Origin: Octopus vulgaris | Taxonomy: Eukaryota | DNA: 64,000 nt | Direction of reading: 5' to 3' | NCBI GenBank assembly: GCA_951406725.2 | Contig: OX597819.1 | Coordinates: 30,566,001 to 30,630,000 of the forward strand | Shown: positions 45,298 through 58,190 of the stretch, one piece after another | Layout of the letters: every line of letters starts with the position of its first letter | Numbering within the stretch: position 1 is the first letter of the stretch | The notes under the pieces: model-generated | The model's input: the letters and a program-made list of their open reading frames with translations, nothing else | What the model was told of the DNA's origin: nothing | The model's database searches: none | Translations under genes and position numbers: made by a program

Positions 45298-45791
45298 TGT
45301 AGTAGTGTTGACAGTCATGCTTCACAATTTTTGACTGTAGCAAGATGAGTGATTCTGTGCTATAAATACAGCTGGGTAGGCTCCAGAGTGCTAGGTTTTG
45401 CAAACTGTATTCTGACCAATCAGTGTGTAGTATCATTCAATTACTTAAGCTGATTGGTTGGTTGAGCTGATTGGTTTAGGCATCACGCTTTGTTGGACAG
45501 GTCAAGAGTCCTGTATCTTGACCCTGGCCGAAGCAGCAATTGTTGGGTTATTTTTAGAAATGTTGTAAATATCCTTTGTCAGAGATTTTTATATTTTTAT
45601 ATTTCAATTGTCATCATCATCATTGTCAGCACCTTAATTATTGTTGCTAGTGGTGATGGTGGTGGCAATAGAACTTTTAACCCTAAATAAGATAATTTTC
45701 CTGCTATCTTCGTCTTGATCACCTTTAGTATTGTTGTTGTTGTTAGTGGTCATGGTCGTAGCAGTGGAAGTAATACCTCTAAGTATTATTA

Positions 45792-46688
45792 TTATTGCTT
45801 ATTTAGCTTGGGTTCGAATTTATCAATAAAATTCTTTTCTCTGATTTTCCTCTCGATTTCACTTGGGCTGTGTAATTTGTAGAATGGAAATATTATATAT
45901 ATTTTCCGACCACATGTTGCTAGGTGGTTACTCAAAGGTATCTGACGGACCTCTGGGTCTCTAATCTGTTGCCGGTGTACACGTGAGCGTTCTAATAGTG
46001 CGTTTCCCGTCTGACCTACATATATTTCTTCACAATTTGGGCATTTGATGCAGTAAATTAAATTTCTGCTTTTGCAGTTCATATTCGCGTTTGTGAATAT
46101 TTTCCCGGTTTTTGTGTTTATATATTGACCGGTATGTATGAATTGGCATGTGCCACATCGGCTATCATTGCATTTAGATACCGTGAATGTTTGGTCTTTG
46201 TTGCTGAGGTCAAATTTTGCCTTTGTTAGTAATGTTTTCAAGTTTTTAGGCTGTCTTTTACTAAGTACCATAGCTCGATCCTTGATTATGTCTTTTAATT
46301 CATTACTTTGGGCAATGATTGGTAGGTTTGCTTTGGCAATGTTGAAGATATTCTGGTGACATGGGTTGTGTGTCACTATGAATGGTATGACTTGTTCTTG
46401 TTTTCCTCTTCCTTGGGTTGTCCTAAGTTGTTGTATAGGTATTTTTATAGCCCGCTGTATGCCATTTTCTATAAGTAGAGATGGGTATTTTTGTTTGAGC
46501 AAAAATTCTCTTAGTTCTATTAGGCGTTTGTTCCTGATATTTGCATCTTCTACAATAGTACAAATTCTTCTGGCTAGGCAGTATGGGATGTTACGTTTTG
46601 TATGTGGTGGATGGCACGACTTAAAATTTAGGTATTGATGTGTGTCTGTGTGTTTATAGTATATATCTGTGGTGATGGTGGTGTCTTC
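45792..46688 (-). CDS. PLE RT-thumb plus GIY-YIG endonuclease (partial, uninterrupted frame)
   Basis: The frame stays open upstream of the ORF-track start at 46502. Motifs as above. Confidence 0.8.
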   Translation of the reverse strand, partial: EDTTITTDIYYKHTDTHQYLNFKSCHPPHTKRNIPYCLARRICTIVEDANIRNKRLIELREFLLKQKYPSLLIENGIQRAIKIPIQQLRTTQGRGKQEQVIPFIVTHNPCHQNIFNIAKANLPIIAQSNELKDIIKDRAMVLSKRQPKNLKTLLTKAKFDLSNKDQTFTVSKCNDSRCGTCQFIHTGQYINTKTGKIFTNANMNCKSRNLIYCIKCPNCEEIYVGQTGNALLERSRVHRQQIRDPEVRQIPLSNHLATCGRKIYIIFPFYKLHSPSEIERKIREKNFIDKFEPKLNKQ

Positions 46689-47026
46689 TTTTATATGTAT
46701 ATGTATATGTATATATATGCATACACATGAGCGCGCACATGCATATGTACATACATAGGCATATACGCATGAATATGTGTATATGCTTTAAAGCTATGTT
46801 GAGCTTCTATAAATATTGATACCATATGTGTAGATCTTCCCACCATCCCACTCCATCCACCCGCTGTGTACGTCTGCTTTTCTTTACACAGATTTTTGGT
46901 TTCCTTCACCCAGCTTTTCTTTCCCTTATGCTATTAACCTACACCAGTTTATTTATTTCTTTCTTTAGAAACTAGTACTCACTCACACATACACACATTT
47001 ATACATTATATATATATATATATATA

Positions 47027-47535
47027 TACGATGATAAGTCAAAAATTATTCGTTCTTTCGCTATAACAAATCTTTATTATTGCCACACTGCCTTCTGTGC
47101 GTGCATGCTGCTTATAGTTGGTACTGTTTTAGTCACGTGATTGAAGTTAGAGTCTGATCGCGCCATTTTTCTCTGGTTTTACAACGTAAGCATGGTCGCT
47201 CCAGTAGCAATGTGCACCGAAGAAGAACAAAGGGCAGTGATCCGTGAGATGGTAATGGTGAACCGGTTCACCACTACCATCTCTCGAGCTTGCTGTTTCT
47301 TCTCGTCAGTGGTGGAGGTTGACGGGCTTCCTGCTCCCTCTGTGCGGGTCACGCTTGTTCGGCCGCTTTTAAACTTCTCGATGCACTCATAGAAAAAAAC
47401 GGCACGATTAGGATCAAACTTCGATAATGTGACCACAACAATACCAACTATAAGCACGCATGCGCAGAAGGCAGTGTCACAATAATAAAGATATGGTATG
47501 GCGAAAGTGCGGACAACTTTTGACTTCCCCTCGTA
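47027..47535. mobile_element. Mariner-derived MITE with two inverted 5'-end-like halves
   Basis: TIRs tacgatgataagtcaaaa and ttttgacttcccctcgta. CTEEEQRAVIR on the + strand and FKSGRTSVTRTEGAGSPST on the - strand. Confidence 0.7.
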
Positions 47536-47560
47536 TACACATACACACACACGCACATAC

Positions 47561-47605
<45 letters not shown>

Positions 47606-48165
47606 TGTGTGTGTGTGTGTGTATACACATACCCGAAATATCACGTTCAGGATGTAGCCAGAAAATCTGAGAAGGGAAAGAATAGCTTATTATTATCTTA
47701 TGTACGTGTGCGTATATACATTTATATATTTTCACACACACACACACACGCACAAACGCACACATACACACACGTAAGTATGTATGTATGTATGTATGTA
47801 TGTATGTATGTATGTATGTATGTATGTATGTATGTATGTGTGTCCTAGGTATGACATTACACTGCATCCGGTAGAGGGGTTCCGGTTGAGCAGTTCCAGG
47901 GTTTTGAGAAGTGTGGAATCACATCTTAGTCACTGTTTTTTCCAGGTCTACTTTAACCCGAAGTAGTGGCATCTGTCAGGGACCCAGCTAGCTGTTAAAT
48001 AGCACGCTATGGAAGAAACTCCAAGCACAGACCTTCACTGCCTTGTGCGTGCTTTGGAAAAGGAAAAGGCTTTAAGAAGTGTGAGACTATTTATTAGCCA
48101 CTGTTGATCTCAGGTATACTCTGACCCGGAATAACAGCACTTGTCAGGATGCCAGTTATACGTTA

Positions 48166-49064
48166 TACGAAGTGGTATCAAAAGGTTCCTGGACGAGTTA
48201 TGTTTAATAAAATGTAACTTATTTACCTAAGTTTAAACATCATTACCTTCGAAATACTCACCTTGCGCAACAATACACCGGTCCCAGCTTTCCTGCCACT
48301 TTTGCAATCGGGCGTAGGTGTCGTTTTCCGCAAGCGAGTCGAGGTCCTTTTGCGATTCGCTCTGGATCTCGACAACGGTGTTAAAATAGTGACCTTTGAG
48401 CTGCATTTTTGTGTTGGGAAAGAGATGGAAGTTCGCAGGGGCTAAATCTGGAGAATAGGGCGGGTGCCGAAACGATACGATGTTATTTTTAGCGAGAAAC
48501 TCACGAGCTAAGAGAGCTCGGTGAAGAATCCAATTCGCGTTCCACAGATCCGATCGCCTTCGCCGAATGTCCTCCCAAAAACGCTTCAAAACGTCGCAGT
48601 AGAACTCTCGATTGACGGTCTAGCCCTGAGGGTGTCGAATTCTCGATGCACAATACCACATTTTCGAGGGTGACCCTCCTTGCAGGTCTTCCAGATCGCT
48701 CATCGTCTTCCAGGGATATTCTTCCGCTTTTAAAGCGCCCGTCCCACTCGAAACATCGCGTACTACCCGATGCCACGTCGCTGGTAAGCTTGCCAAAGCA
48801 TACTCAATATCTCTGTAGCAGACTTCCCAAGTTTAACGCAAAACTTCACATTGATCTTTGTTCCTGTCCATGATAAAATCGTAAACTACAGCATACACGT
48901 GATCACAAAAACACGAATTTCACAACTTGCAAAATAAACATAGCGATGTTACTCAGCACACTGCTTCATGAAGGTCACTGCTGGCTCTCATGGTACACGC
49001 AACCGTGTGCTGCCATTTGTTGGCACGCTACAGAAATAGTCCGGGAAATGTTTGATACCACCTC

Positions 49065-49067
<3 letters not shown>
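48166..49067 (-). mobile_element. Deleted mariner transposon
   Basis: HPPYSPDLAPANF and FKSGRISLEDDERSGRP. TIRs cgaagtggtatcaaa and tttgataccacctcg. Confidence 0.85.
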
Positions 49068-49136
<69 letters not shown>

Positions 49137-49227
49137 GTATATATATATATGTATGTATGTATATATATATGTATGTATGTATATATATATATATATATAT
49201 ATATACATACATATGTATAAATTAAAT

Positions 49228-49272
<45 letters not shown>

Positions 49273-49323
49273 GTATATATATATGTATGTATATATATAT
49301 ACATACATATATGTAAATTAAAT

Positions 49324-49364
<41 letters not shown>

Positions 49365-49369
<5 letters not shown>

Positions 49370-49665
49370 GAAATAGAAAGATGAATAATCTTGTTGCAGA
49401 TTAATCAAAAGTTTAACCGATACCTTGGTAGCAAAAATCACAGCAGAAGACAGCACGGTTGGAGGTACAACCATATGGTGTTGCAACCGTGCGTTGGTGC
49501 GGATAATTGAATTTTAATATTATTAGTGAATTGAAGAAATAGAGTTGAACGAAGATTGAACAGAAATCGTTTTATTGCATTCTACATGTGTTTCGAAACA
49601 CGTGTAGAATGCAATAAAACGATTTCTGTTCAATCTTCGTTCAACTCCATTTCTTCAATTCACTA
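49365..49665. mobile_element. Foldback pLTR derivative: 160-bp tail plus a 142-bp palindrome centred on an HHR half
   Basis: Palindrome 49524-49665 is centred on TTCGAA. Each arm reads GAAAC-ac(g/a)t-GTA-gaat. Confidence 0.8.
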
Positions 49666-49671
49666 TATATA

Positions 49672-50560
49672 TTTTTTCTTGGGGCTGGCCGAGTTGGAGC
49701 AAATATCAGAATTGAACAGCCGAAATTTGCTATGATGATTCGGTGTCTGACTGAAGATTGAAGGCTTCGAATGATTTGTCTGTGTTCCGTGTTCGTCCCT
49801 TCCTGTATTTCACGTTCATTATATATAAAAACATTCATTCTTATATTATTGCGGCGTTACGTGCACCCACCCCCACCCCGTTTGTTTGTCCAATTTTAAA
49901 CCCTGCACGACTTCTATACACACTGTCTTTCCTACCCGCCATTGCTTCTTCACCAAACTTTTTGGCGCCCTCCGATTCTTCCCCTCTCTTCCTCCCATCC
50001 TCCTCCCCTCTTCCTCCCATCCTCCTTAATCCCTTCTTTCTCCTTTTCTCTTGGTCACTGATTCTGTCCCCTGCCTTCCACCCTCTTTGATTCCCTCTCT
50101 CTGTCTCTCTTTCTCTCTCTCTCCTGCGACCTGCTGCTTCTTAAACCATTCTGTTGGCCTTCGTATCTCGACCAACATGTGTCCCCGCTACCGAAACGGT
50201 AATTATTTCTACGCCAGCTATGTTGTTGTTGTTTTTGTCTCATTTGGTCTAAAGTCGTATGACAACCACCGTTATATATATTTTGTTTATTCATTACTGT
50301 TTTCAATTTCGTTTTCGTCTCTTGTATTTACATCCGTCTTGTGCGTTCACATTCCTGTCTTCTACCAAGAAATCTAATGCTTACAGCTTAGTTTTTTTCT
50401 TGGAGCTGGCCGAGTTGGAGCAAATATCAGAATTGAACAGCCGAAATTTGCTATGATGATTCGGTGTCTGACTGAAGATTGAAGGCTTCGAATGATTTGT
50501 CTGTGTTCCGTGTTCGTCCCTTCCTGTATTTCACGTTCATTATATATAAAAACATTCATT

Positions 50561-50565
<5 letters not shown>
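49672..50565. mobile_element. Small element with about 170-bp terminal direct repeats (TRIM/pLTR-like)
   Basis: 49672-49843 is nearly identical to 50394-50565. The core of about 550 bp is non-coding and CT-rich. Flanked by TA tracts. Confidence 0.65.
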
Positions 50566-50629
<64 letters not shown>

Positions 50630-50702
50630 ACGTATGTATGTATGTATATGTATGTATGTATGTATATATATATGTATGTATGTATGTATATATATATGTA
50701 TG

Positions 50703-50744
<42 letters not shown>

Positions 50745-50750
<6 letters not shown>

Positions 50751-51111
50751 CAGTTTGTCTGTGCGTGTTTCTGTGTGTCTGTTTGCTTGTACCCTCACCC
50801 TGACCACGGCTTTCAACCGATTCTGATGAAACTTGACACACACATAGCCCAATGTCATGATTCAAAACTAACGCCGCGAAAATTTTGAAAAGTTCCCCCA
50901 GTTCTGAAAAAAATCGATAAATTCGACATGGGATCGAGAATCAGAAACACAAACCGCAAACTGTCTAGGGGACGCAACTCCACCTTTTTTAACTAAAAAA
51001 ATTTACCATCATTTTTTTCCATTTTTTTGTTATTTTTTGGCTATAACTCTCTAAAAATGCTTTATAGTTATTTCCCTTACAAACCCGAGCAACGCCGGGC
51101 GATACTGCTAG
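50745..51111 (+). mobile_element. Chimeric non-autonomous Helitron (different 5' end, shared 3' end)
   Basis: 3' hairpin plus CTAG at 51108-51111. Confidence 0.7.
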
Positions 51112-51464
51112 TTTATATATAAAAGTGAAGTTGTGTGTCTGTCTCCTACGATTTATATTCCTAACTACTCCCACATTTTGCGGTGCAGTGTAACCAAAAG
51201 CGGGTATCTTAGAGTCGTGATTCATATTGAGCCCTTCCGGGTATTAGCGCGCGTCTACGATGAGTCTACGATTTAAAAAAAAAATTACCATCATGTTTTT
51301 CCATGTTAATGCATTTTTTCGCTATTATATAAGGGAAGTAACTCTCTAAAAATGTCTACGATGAGTCAACGATTTAAAAAAAATTTACGATAATTTTTTT
51401 TCCAATTTTAATGCATTTTTTTGCTATTTTTTGGCTATAACTCTCTGAAAATGCTTACATTCTT

Positions 51465-51861
51465 TTTCTTCTTGTTTCAGTCATTTGACTGCGGCCATGC
51501 TGGAGCACCGCCTTTAGTCGAGCAAATCGACCCCAGGACTTATTCTTTGTAAGCCCAGTACTTATTCTATCGGTCTCTTTTGCCGAACCGCTAAGTAACG
51601 GGGACGTAACCATACCAGCATCGGTTGTCAAGCAATGCTAGGGGGACAAACACAGACACACAAGTACACACATATACATATATACACATACATATATACG
51701 ACAGGCTTCTTTCAATTTCTGTCTACCAAATCCACTCCAAGTCATTGGTCGGCCCGGGGCTATAGTAGAAGACACTTGCCCAAGATGTCACGCAGTGGGA
51801 CTGAACCCGGAACCATGTGGTTGGTTAGCAAGCTACTTACCACACAGCCACTCCTGCGCCA
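51465..51861 (-). mobile_element. SINE family A
   Basis: Reverse-complement full copy. Confidence 0.85.
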
Positions 51862-52025
51862 TTATATATATATATATTCTCTCCCAATTTCGCAGTGTGT
51901 GTATGTGCATAAATAAATGTATTTACGGTAATGTATCCCATTGCTTAGGTTATAATATTTCATTAATATATGTTTTGATGAACGTCAGATCTGATAACAA
52001 GATTGCTTTACACCATTCAAGGCCT

Positions 52026-55000
52026 CAGAGATCAAAGAGGGGTGCCGACAGAGATCAAAGAGGGGTGCCGACAGAGATCAAAGAGGGGTACCGACAGAGA
52101 TCAAAGAGGGGTGCCGACAGAGATCAAAGAAGGTGTCGACAGAGATCGAAGGGGTGCCGACAGAGATCAAAGACGGTGCCGACAGAGATCAAAGGGGTGC
52201 CGACAGAGATCAAAGAGGTGTGCCGACAGAGATCAAAGGAGGTCCCGACAGAAATCAAAGAGGGGTGCCGACAGAGATCAAAGGGGGTGCCGACAGAGAT
52301 CAAAGAGGAGTGCCGACAGAGGTTAAAAAGGGTGCCAACAGAGATCAAAGTGGGTGCCGACATAGATCAAAGAGGGGTGCTGACAAAGATCAAAGGGGGT
52401 GCCGAAAGAGATCAAAGAGGGGTGTCGACAGAGATCAAAGAGGGGTGTCGACAGAGATCAAAGGAGGTCCCGACAGAAATCAAAGAGGGGTGCCGACAGA
52501 GATCAAAGGGGGTGCCGACAGAGATCAAAGGGGGTGCCGACAGAGATCAAAGAGGAGTGCCGACAGAGGTTAAGAAGGGTGCCGACAGAGATCAAAGTGG
52601 GTGCCGACATAGATCAAAGAGGGGTGCTGACAAAGATCAAAGGGGGTGCCGACAGAGATCAAAGAGGGGTGTCGACAGAGATCAAAGAGGGGTGCCGACA
52701 GAGATCAAAGGGGGTGCCGACAGAGATCAAAGAGGGGTGCCGACAGCAATCAAAGAGGGTCCGACAGAGATCAAAGAGGGGTGCCGACAGAGATCAAAGA
52801 GGGGTGCCGACAGAGATCAAAGAGAGGTGCCGACAGATATCAAAGGGGTGCTGACAGAGATCAAAGGGGATGCCGACAGAGATCAAAGAGGGTGCCGACA
52901 GAGATCAAAGACGGGTGCCGACAGATATCAAAGGGGGTGTACAGAGATCAAAGGGTTGCCGACAGAGATCAAAGAGGGGTACCGACAGAATTCAAAGAGG
53001 GGTGCCGACAGAGATCAAAGAGGGATGCCGACAGAGATCAAAGAGGGGTGCCGACAGAGATCAAAGAGGGATGCACAGAGATCAAAGAGGGATGCACAGA
53101 GATCAAAGGGGGTGCCGACAGAGATCAAAGAGGGGTGCCGACAGAGATCAAAGAGGGGTGCCGATAGAGATCAAAGAGGGTGCCGAAAGAGATCAAAGAG
53201 ATCGACAGAGATAAAAGATGGTGCCGACAGAAATCAAAGAGAGGTGCCGACAGAGATCAAAGAGGGGTGCCGACAGAGATCAAAGGGGGTGCCGACAGAG
53301 ACCAAAGAGAGTGTCGACAGAGATCAAAGAGGGGTGCCGACAGAGATCAAAAAGGGTGCCGACAGAGATCAAAGGGGGTGCCGACAGAGATCAAAGAGGG
53401 GTGCTGACAAAGATCAAAGGGGGTGCCGACAGAGATCAAAGAGGGGTGTCGACAGAGATCAAAGAGGGGTGCCGACATAGATCAAAGGGGGTGCCGACAG
53501 AGATCAAAGAGGGGTGCCGACAGAGATCAAAGAGGGATGCCGACAGAGATCAAACAGGGTACCGACAGAGATCAAAGAGGGGTATCGACAGAGATAAAAG
53601 AGGGTGCCGACAGAGATCAAAGAGGGGTACCGACAGAGATAAATGGGGGTGCCGACAGAAATCAAAGAGGGTGCCGACAGAGATCAAAAAGGGTGCCGAA
53701 AGATATAAAAGAGATCAAAGAGGGGTGCCGACAAAGATCAAAGAGGGGTGCCGACAGAGATCAAAGAGGGGTACCGACAGAGATCAATGGGGGTGCCGAC
53801 AGAAATCAAAGAGAGGTGCCGACAGAGATCAAAGAGGGGTGTCGACAGAGATCAAAGGGGGTGCCGACAGAGACCAAAGAGGGTGCTGACAGAGATCAAA
53901 GAGGGGTACCGACAGAGATAAAAGAGGGTGCCGACAAAGATCAAAGAGGGGTACCGACAGAGATCAAAGGGGGTGCCGACAGATATCAAAGACGGGTACC
54001 TACAGAGATAAAAGAGGGTGCCGACAGAGATCAAAGAGGGATACCGACAGAGATCAAAAAGGGGTGCCGACAGAGATCAAAGAGGGATGCCGACATAGAT
54101 CAAAGAGGGTGCCGACAGAGATCAATTGGGGTGCCGACAGAAATCAAAGAGAGGTGCCGACAGAGAGCAAAGGGGTGCCGACATAGATCAAAGGGTGTGC
54201 CGACAGAGACCAAAGAGGGTGCCGACAGAGATCAAAGAGGGGTGCTAATAGAGATCAAAGGGGGTGCCGCCAGAGATCAAAAAGGGTGCCGAAAGATATA
54301 AAAGAGATCAAAGAGGGGTGCCGACAGAGATCAAAGAGGGGTGCCGACAGAGATCAAAGAGGGGTGCCGATAGAGATCAAAGAGGGGTGCCGACAGAGAT
54401 CAATGAGGGATGCACAGAGATCAAAGGGAGTGCCGACAGAGATCAAAGGGGGTGCCGACAGAGATCAAAGAGGGGTGCCGACATAGATCAAAAAGGGGTG
54501 CCGATAGAGATCAAAGAAGGGTGCCGACAAGGATCAAAGAGGGTGCCGACAGAGATCAATGGGGTGCCGACAGAGATGAAAGGGGGTGCCAACAGAGATC
54601 AAAGAGGGGTGCCGACAGAGATCAAAGAGGTGTTCCGACAGAGGTTAAAAAGGGTGCCGACAGAGAACAAAGTGGGTGCCGACAGAGATCAAAGAGGTGT
54701 GCTGACAAAGATCAAAGGGGTGCCGACAGAGATCAAAGGGAGTGTCGACAGAGATCAAAGAGGGGTGCCGACAGAGATCAAAGGGGGTGCCGACAGAGAT
54801 CAAAGAGCGGTGCCGACAGCAATCAAAGATGGTGCCGACAGAGATCAAAGAGGGGTGCCGACAGAGATCAAAGATGGGTGCCGACAGAGATCAAAGAGGG
54901 GTGCCGACAGAGATCAAAGAGGGGTGCCGACAGAGATCAAAGAGAGGTGCCGACAGAGATCAAAGGGGATGCACAGAGATCAAAAAGGGTGCCGACAGAG

Positions 55001-56735
55001 ATCAAAGGTGGTGCCGACAGAGATCAAAGAGGGTGCCGACAGAGATCAAAGACGGGTGCCGACAGATATCAAAGGAGGTGTATATAGATCAAAGAGGGGT
55101 ACCGACAGAGATCAAAGAGGGGTACCGACAGAGATCAAAGAGGGGTGCCGACAGAGATCAAAGAGGGATGCCGACAGAGATCAAAGAGGGGTTCCGACAG
55201 AGATCAAAGAGGGATGCACAGAGATCAAAGGGGGTGCCGACAGAGATCAAAGGGGTGCCGACAGAGATCAAAGAGGGGTGCCGACAGAGATCAAAGAGGG
55301 TGCCGAAAGAGATCAAAGAGGGGTATCGACAGAGATAAAAGAGGGTGCCGACAGAGATCAAAGAGGGTACCGACAGATCAATGGGGGGTGCCGACAGAAA
55401 TCAAAGAGAGGTGCCGACAGATATCAAAGAGGGGTGCTGACAGAGATCAAAGGGGGTGCCGACAGAGACCAAAGAGAGTGCCGACAGAGATCAAAGAGGG
55501 GTGCCGACAGAGATGAAAGAGGGGTGCTGACAAAGATCAAAGGGGGTGTCGACAGAGATCAAAGAGGGGTGTCGACAGAGATCAAAGAGGGGTGCCGATA
55601 TAGATCAAAGGGGGTGCCGACAGAGATCAAAGAGGGGTGCCGACAGAGATCAAAGAGGGTACCGACAGAGATCAAAGAGGGGTATCGACAGAGATAAAAG
55701 TGTGTGCCGACAGAGATCAAAGAGGGGTACCGACAGAGATCAATCGGGGTGCCGAAAGAAATGAAAGAGAGGTGCCGACAGAGATCAAAAAGGGTGTCGA
55801 AAGATATAAAAGAGATCAAAGAGGGGTGCCGACAGAGATCAAAGGGGGTGCCGACAGAGATCAAAGAGGGGTGCCGACAGAGATCAAATAGGGATGCACA
55901 GAGATCAAAGGGAGTGCCGACAGAGATCAAAGGGGGTGCCGACAGAGATCAAAGAGGGGTGCCGAAAGAGATCAAAAAGGGGTGCCGATAGAGATCAAAG
56001 AATGGTGCCGACAAGGATCAATGGGGTGCCGACAGAGATGAAAGGGGGTGCCAACCGAGATCAAAGAGGGGTGCCGACAGAGATCAAAGGGGGTGCCGAC
56101 ATAGATCAAAAAGGGGTACCGACAGAGATCAAAGGGTGTGCCGACAGATACGAAAGAGGGCTACCTACAGAGATAAAAGAGGGTGCCGACAGAGATCAAA
56201 GAGGGGTACCGACAGAGATCAAAGAGGGGTGCCGACAGAGATCAAAGAGGGGGTGCCGACAGAGATCAAAGAGGGGTGCCGACAGAGATCAAAGGGGTGC
56301 CGACAGAGTTCAAAGAGGGGTGCCGACAGAGATCAAAGACGGGTGCCGACAGAGATCAAAGAGGGGTGCCGACAGAGATCAAAGGGGTGTACAGAGATCA
56401 AAGGGGGTGCCGACAGAGATCAAAGAGGGGTACCGACAGAGATCAAAGAGGTGTACCGACAGAGATCAAAGAGGGGTGCCGAGAGAGACCAAAGGGTTGC
56501 CGAAAGAGATCAAAGAGGGGTGCCGACAGAGATCACAGGAGGTACCGACAGAGATCAAAGGGGATGCCGATATAGATCAAAGAGGGGTGCCGACAGAGAT
56601 CAAAGAGGGGTGCCGACAGAGATCAAAGGGGGTGCCGACAGAGATCAAAGAGGGGTGTCGACAGATATCAAAGGGGGTGTCGACAGAGATCAAAGAGTGT
56701 GCCGAAAAAGATCAAAGATGGTGCCGAAAGAGATC
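52026..56735. repeat. Minisatellite array of 21-23-bp units, consensus cagagatcaaagaggggtgccga (roughly 200 units)
   Basis: Direct reading. No unique spacers. Confidence 0.97.
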
Positions 56736-56774
56736 TTCCCTTACAAACCCGAGCAACGCCGGGAGATACTGCTA

Positions 56775-56815
<41 letters not shown>

Positions 56816-56869
56816 CATATATATAAATTAAATGACTAGGGAACAGGGATTAGTTTTTCACATTCACAA

Positions 56870-57720
56870 ATTTCCTTTGAGGCTCGTTCTTATTTCTTGT
56901 CACCGATAACCTGTTTACGTGATTTTTTCTGTTGAACCGTTTTTTTAGATTTTGTTTTACAGTGTGATTTTTATGGCCTATCTTACGACACTTTTATATA
57001 TTTAAACGGACAGTTATTTTAAAATGTAGACCACCGCACCCATAACATGGATTCAGTCTTGACATTTTTTCTCTTTTTTCTTATCTGTTATCGGATGACA
57101 CACATGAATATGAGAGAAGTCTTTTTTTTTTTCAATTTTATCTGCGTCGTGTCTTAAATGAATAATCCTCTGGTATTTTTCTACTACTATCTGTAGAGTT
57201 AAATTTTGGTCCTGTTCTAATTTTGTTAATATCCAGGAACGTATATCTGCAACCTTGCTTGCAGTCAGCCCTTGAACAAAAATTAAACATTTGAACATGT
57301 CCTGTGTTAATTCATGTAATTTGAATTTTTCACACTCTCTGTTAACAACTCCAGAGAAGGTGTCGAAACCTTCATCACCTTTTTTGACCAAATCTAAACA
57401 TTGCCAGCGAGTTTGATCAGGTAACTTCTTTCACTGAAAATTTTCGATAGAAGATTGTTCCATCGGAACAAATCTCACCTGGTTTCTTCGGCAGAATATA
57501 ATTACTATATTTTTCGTGTTCGGCAGGGAAGAACTTTCTTAAAAGTAGTCGTACTTTATCCTCGTCAAACCAAGTTTTACATTTCTCTTTCAAGATTTCT
57601 TTCTATCTGCGAAAATATGCAGAGAATGTAATCCCTTCTTCAACTGATTTTGTTACGCTGTCTGGCGAGTACGAACCTGAAGTATTTTCAGACTTTTTCA
57701 ACATCAATTCCAGCAGCTAT
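56870..57720 (-). mobile_element. LTR-retrotransposon (Gypsy-like) gag relic
   Basis: VNRECEKFKL..FKCLIFVQGL..DIRSWILTKLEQD followed by CYGCGGLH and KCRKIGHK knuckle remnants. Confidence 0.7.
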
Positions 57721-57760
57721 TGGTTTTGATGTTGTAGTTGCTGCTGTAACTACTGCTGTC

Positions 57761-58185
57761 TTCTTCTTCTTCTTCTTCTTCTTCTTCTTCTTCTTCTTCT
57801 TCTTCTTCCAATCAGGACTCACGCTATTAGCTACAAAGAATAATCTCTAATTCGAGCCTACTCTAAGCTACTAAGAATGTGTGTGGCAACGCGATAGACT
57901 GGCGGTTGCACGGGCGCGAAAGCTACGTTGTTATCCTCATTAAGTAAGCGGTGGCTTTTAACGGGTGGAAAGCTGAACCATCTAGACGAGGGTCTGAAAG
58001 CTTACCACACCGTAGTGGGTTACACCATGGTTCCTCTGCTTTGTTGCAGAAGTAGGAAGAAAGAGTGAGAGAAAGTTGTGGTGAAAGAGTACAACGGAGT
58101 TCACCACCACCACCCGCCGGAGCCTCGTGGAGCTTAGGTGTTTTTGCTCAATAAACACTCACAATGCCCGGTCTGGGAATCGAAA
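57761..58185 (-). mobile_element. SINE related to family D with an (AAG)n tail
   Basis: 58055-58185 matches about 36875-37005. (CTT)n at 57761-57808. Confidence 0.6.
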
Positions 58186-58190
58186 CGCAC

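Larger units (their letters stand above)
45087..46690 (-). mobile_element. 5'-truncated Neptune-type Penelope-like element with 3' pLTR
   Basis: Open frame 46688-45792 encodes the RT thumb (TDIYYKHTDTHQYLNFKSCHP), a CNDSRCGTC linker and GIY-YIG (NLIYCIKCPNC..IYVGQTG..R..H). Confidence 0.9.
51112..56775 (+). mobile_element. Helitron interrupted by a SINE and a minisatellite array
   Basis: Helitron body 51112-51457 stops at aaaatgctt. The missing terminal 40 bp (ttcccttacaaacccgagcaacgccgggagatactgctag) resumes at 56736-56775. Confidence 0.7.

Noticed and set aside
52026-56735. CRISPR-like array, or long repetitive protein ORFs (for example 561 aa at 51795-53480)
   Set aside because: Units are contiguous with no unique spacers, there are no cas genes, and the context is eukaryotic. 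The ORFs arise because the 23-mer lacks stops, and frames shift with unit length.
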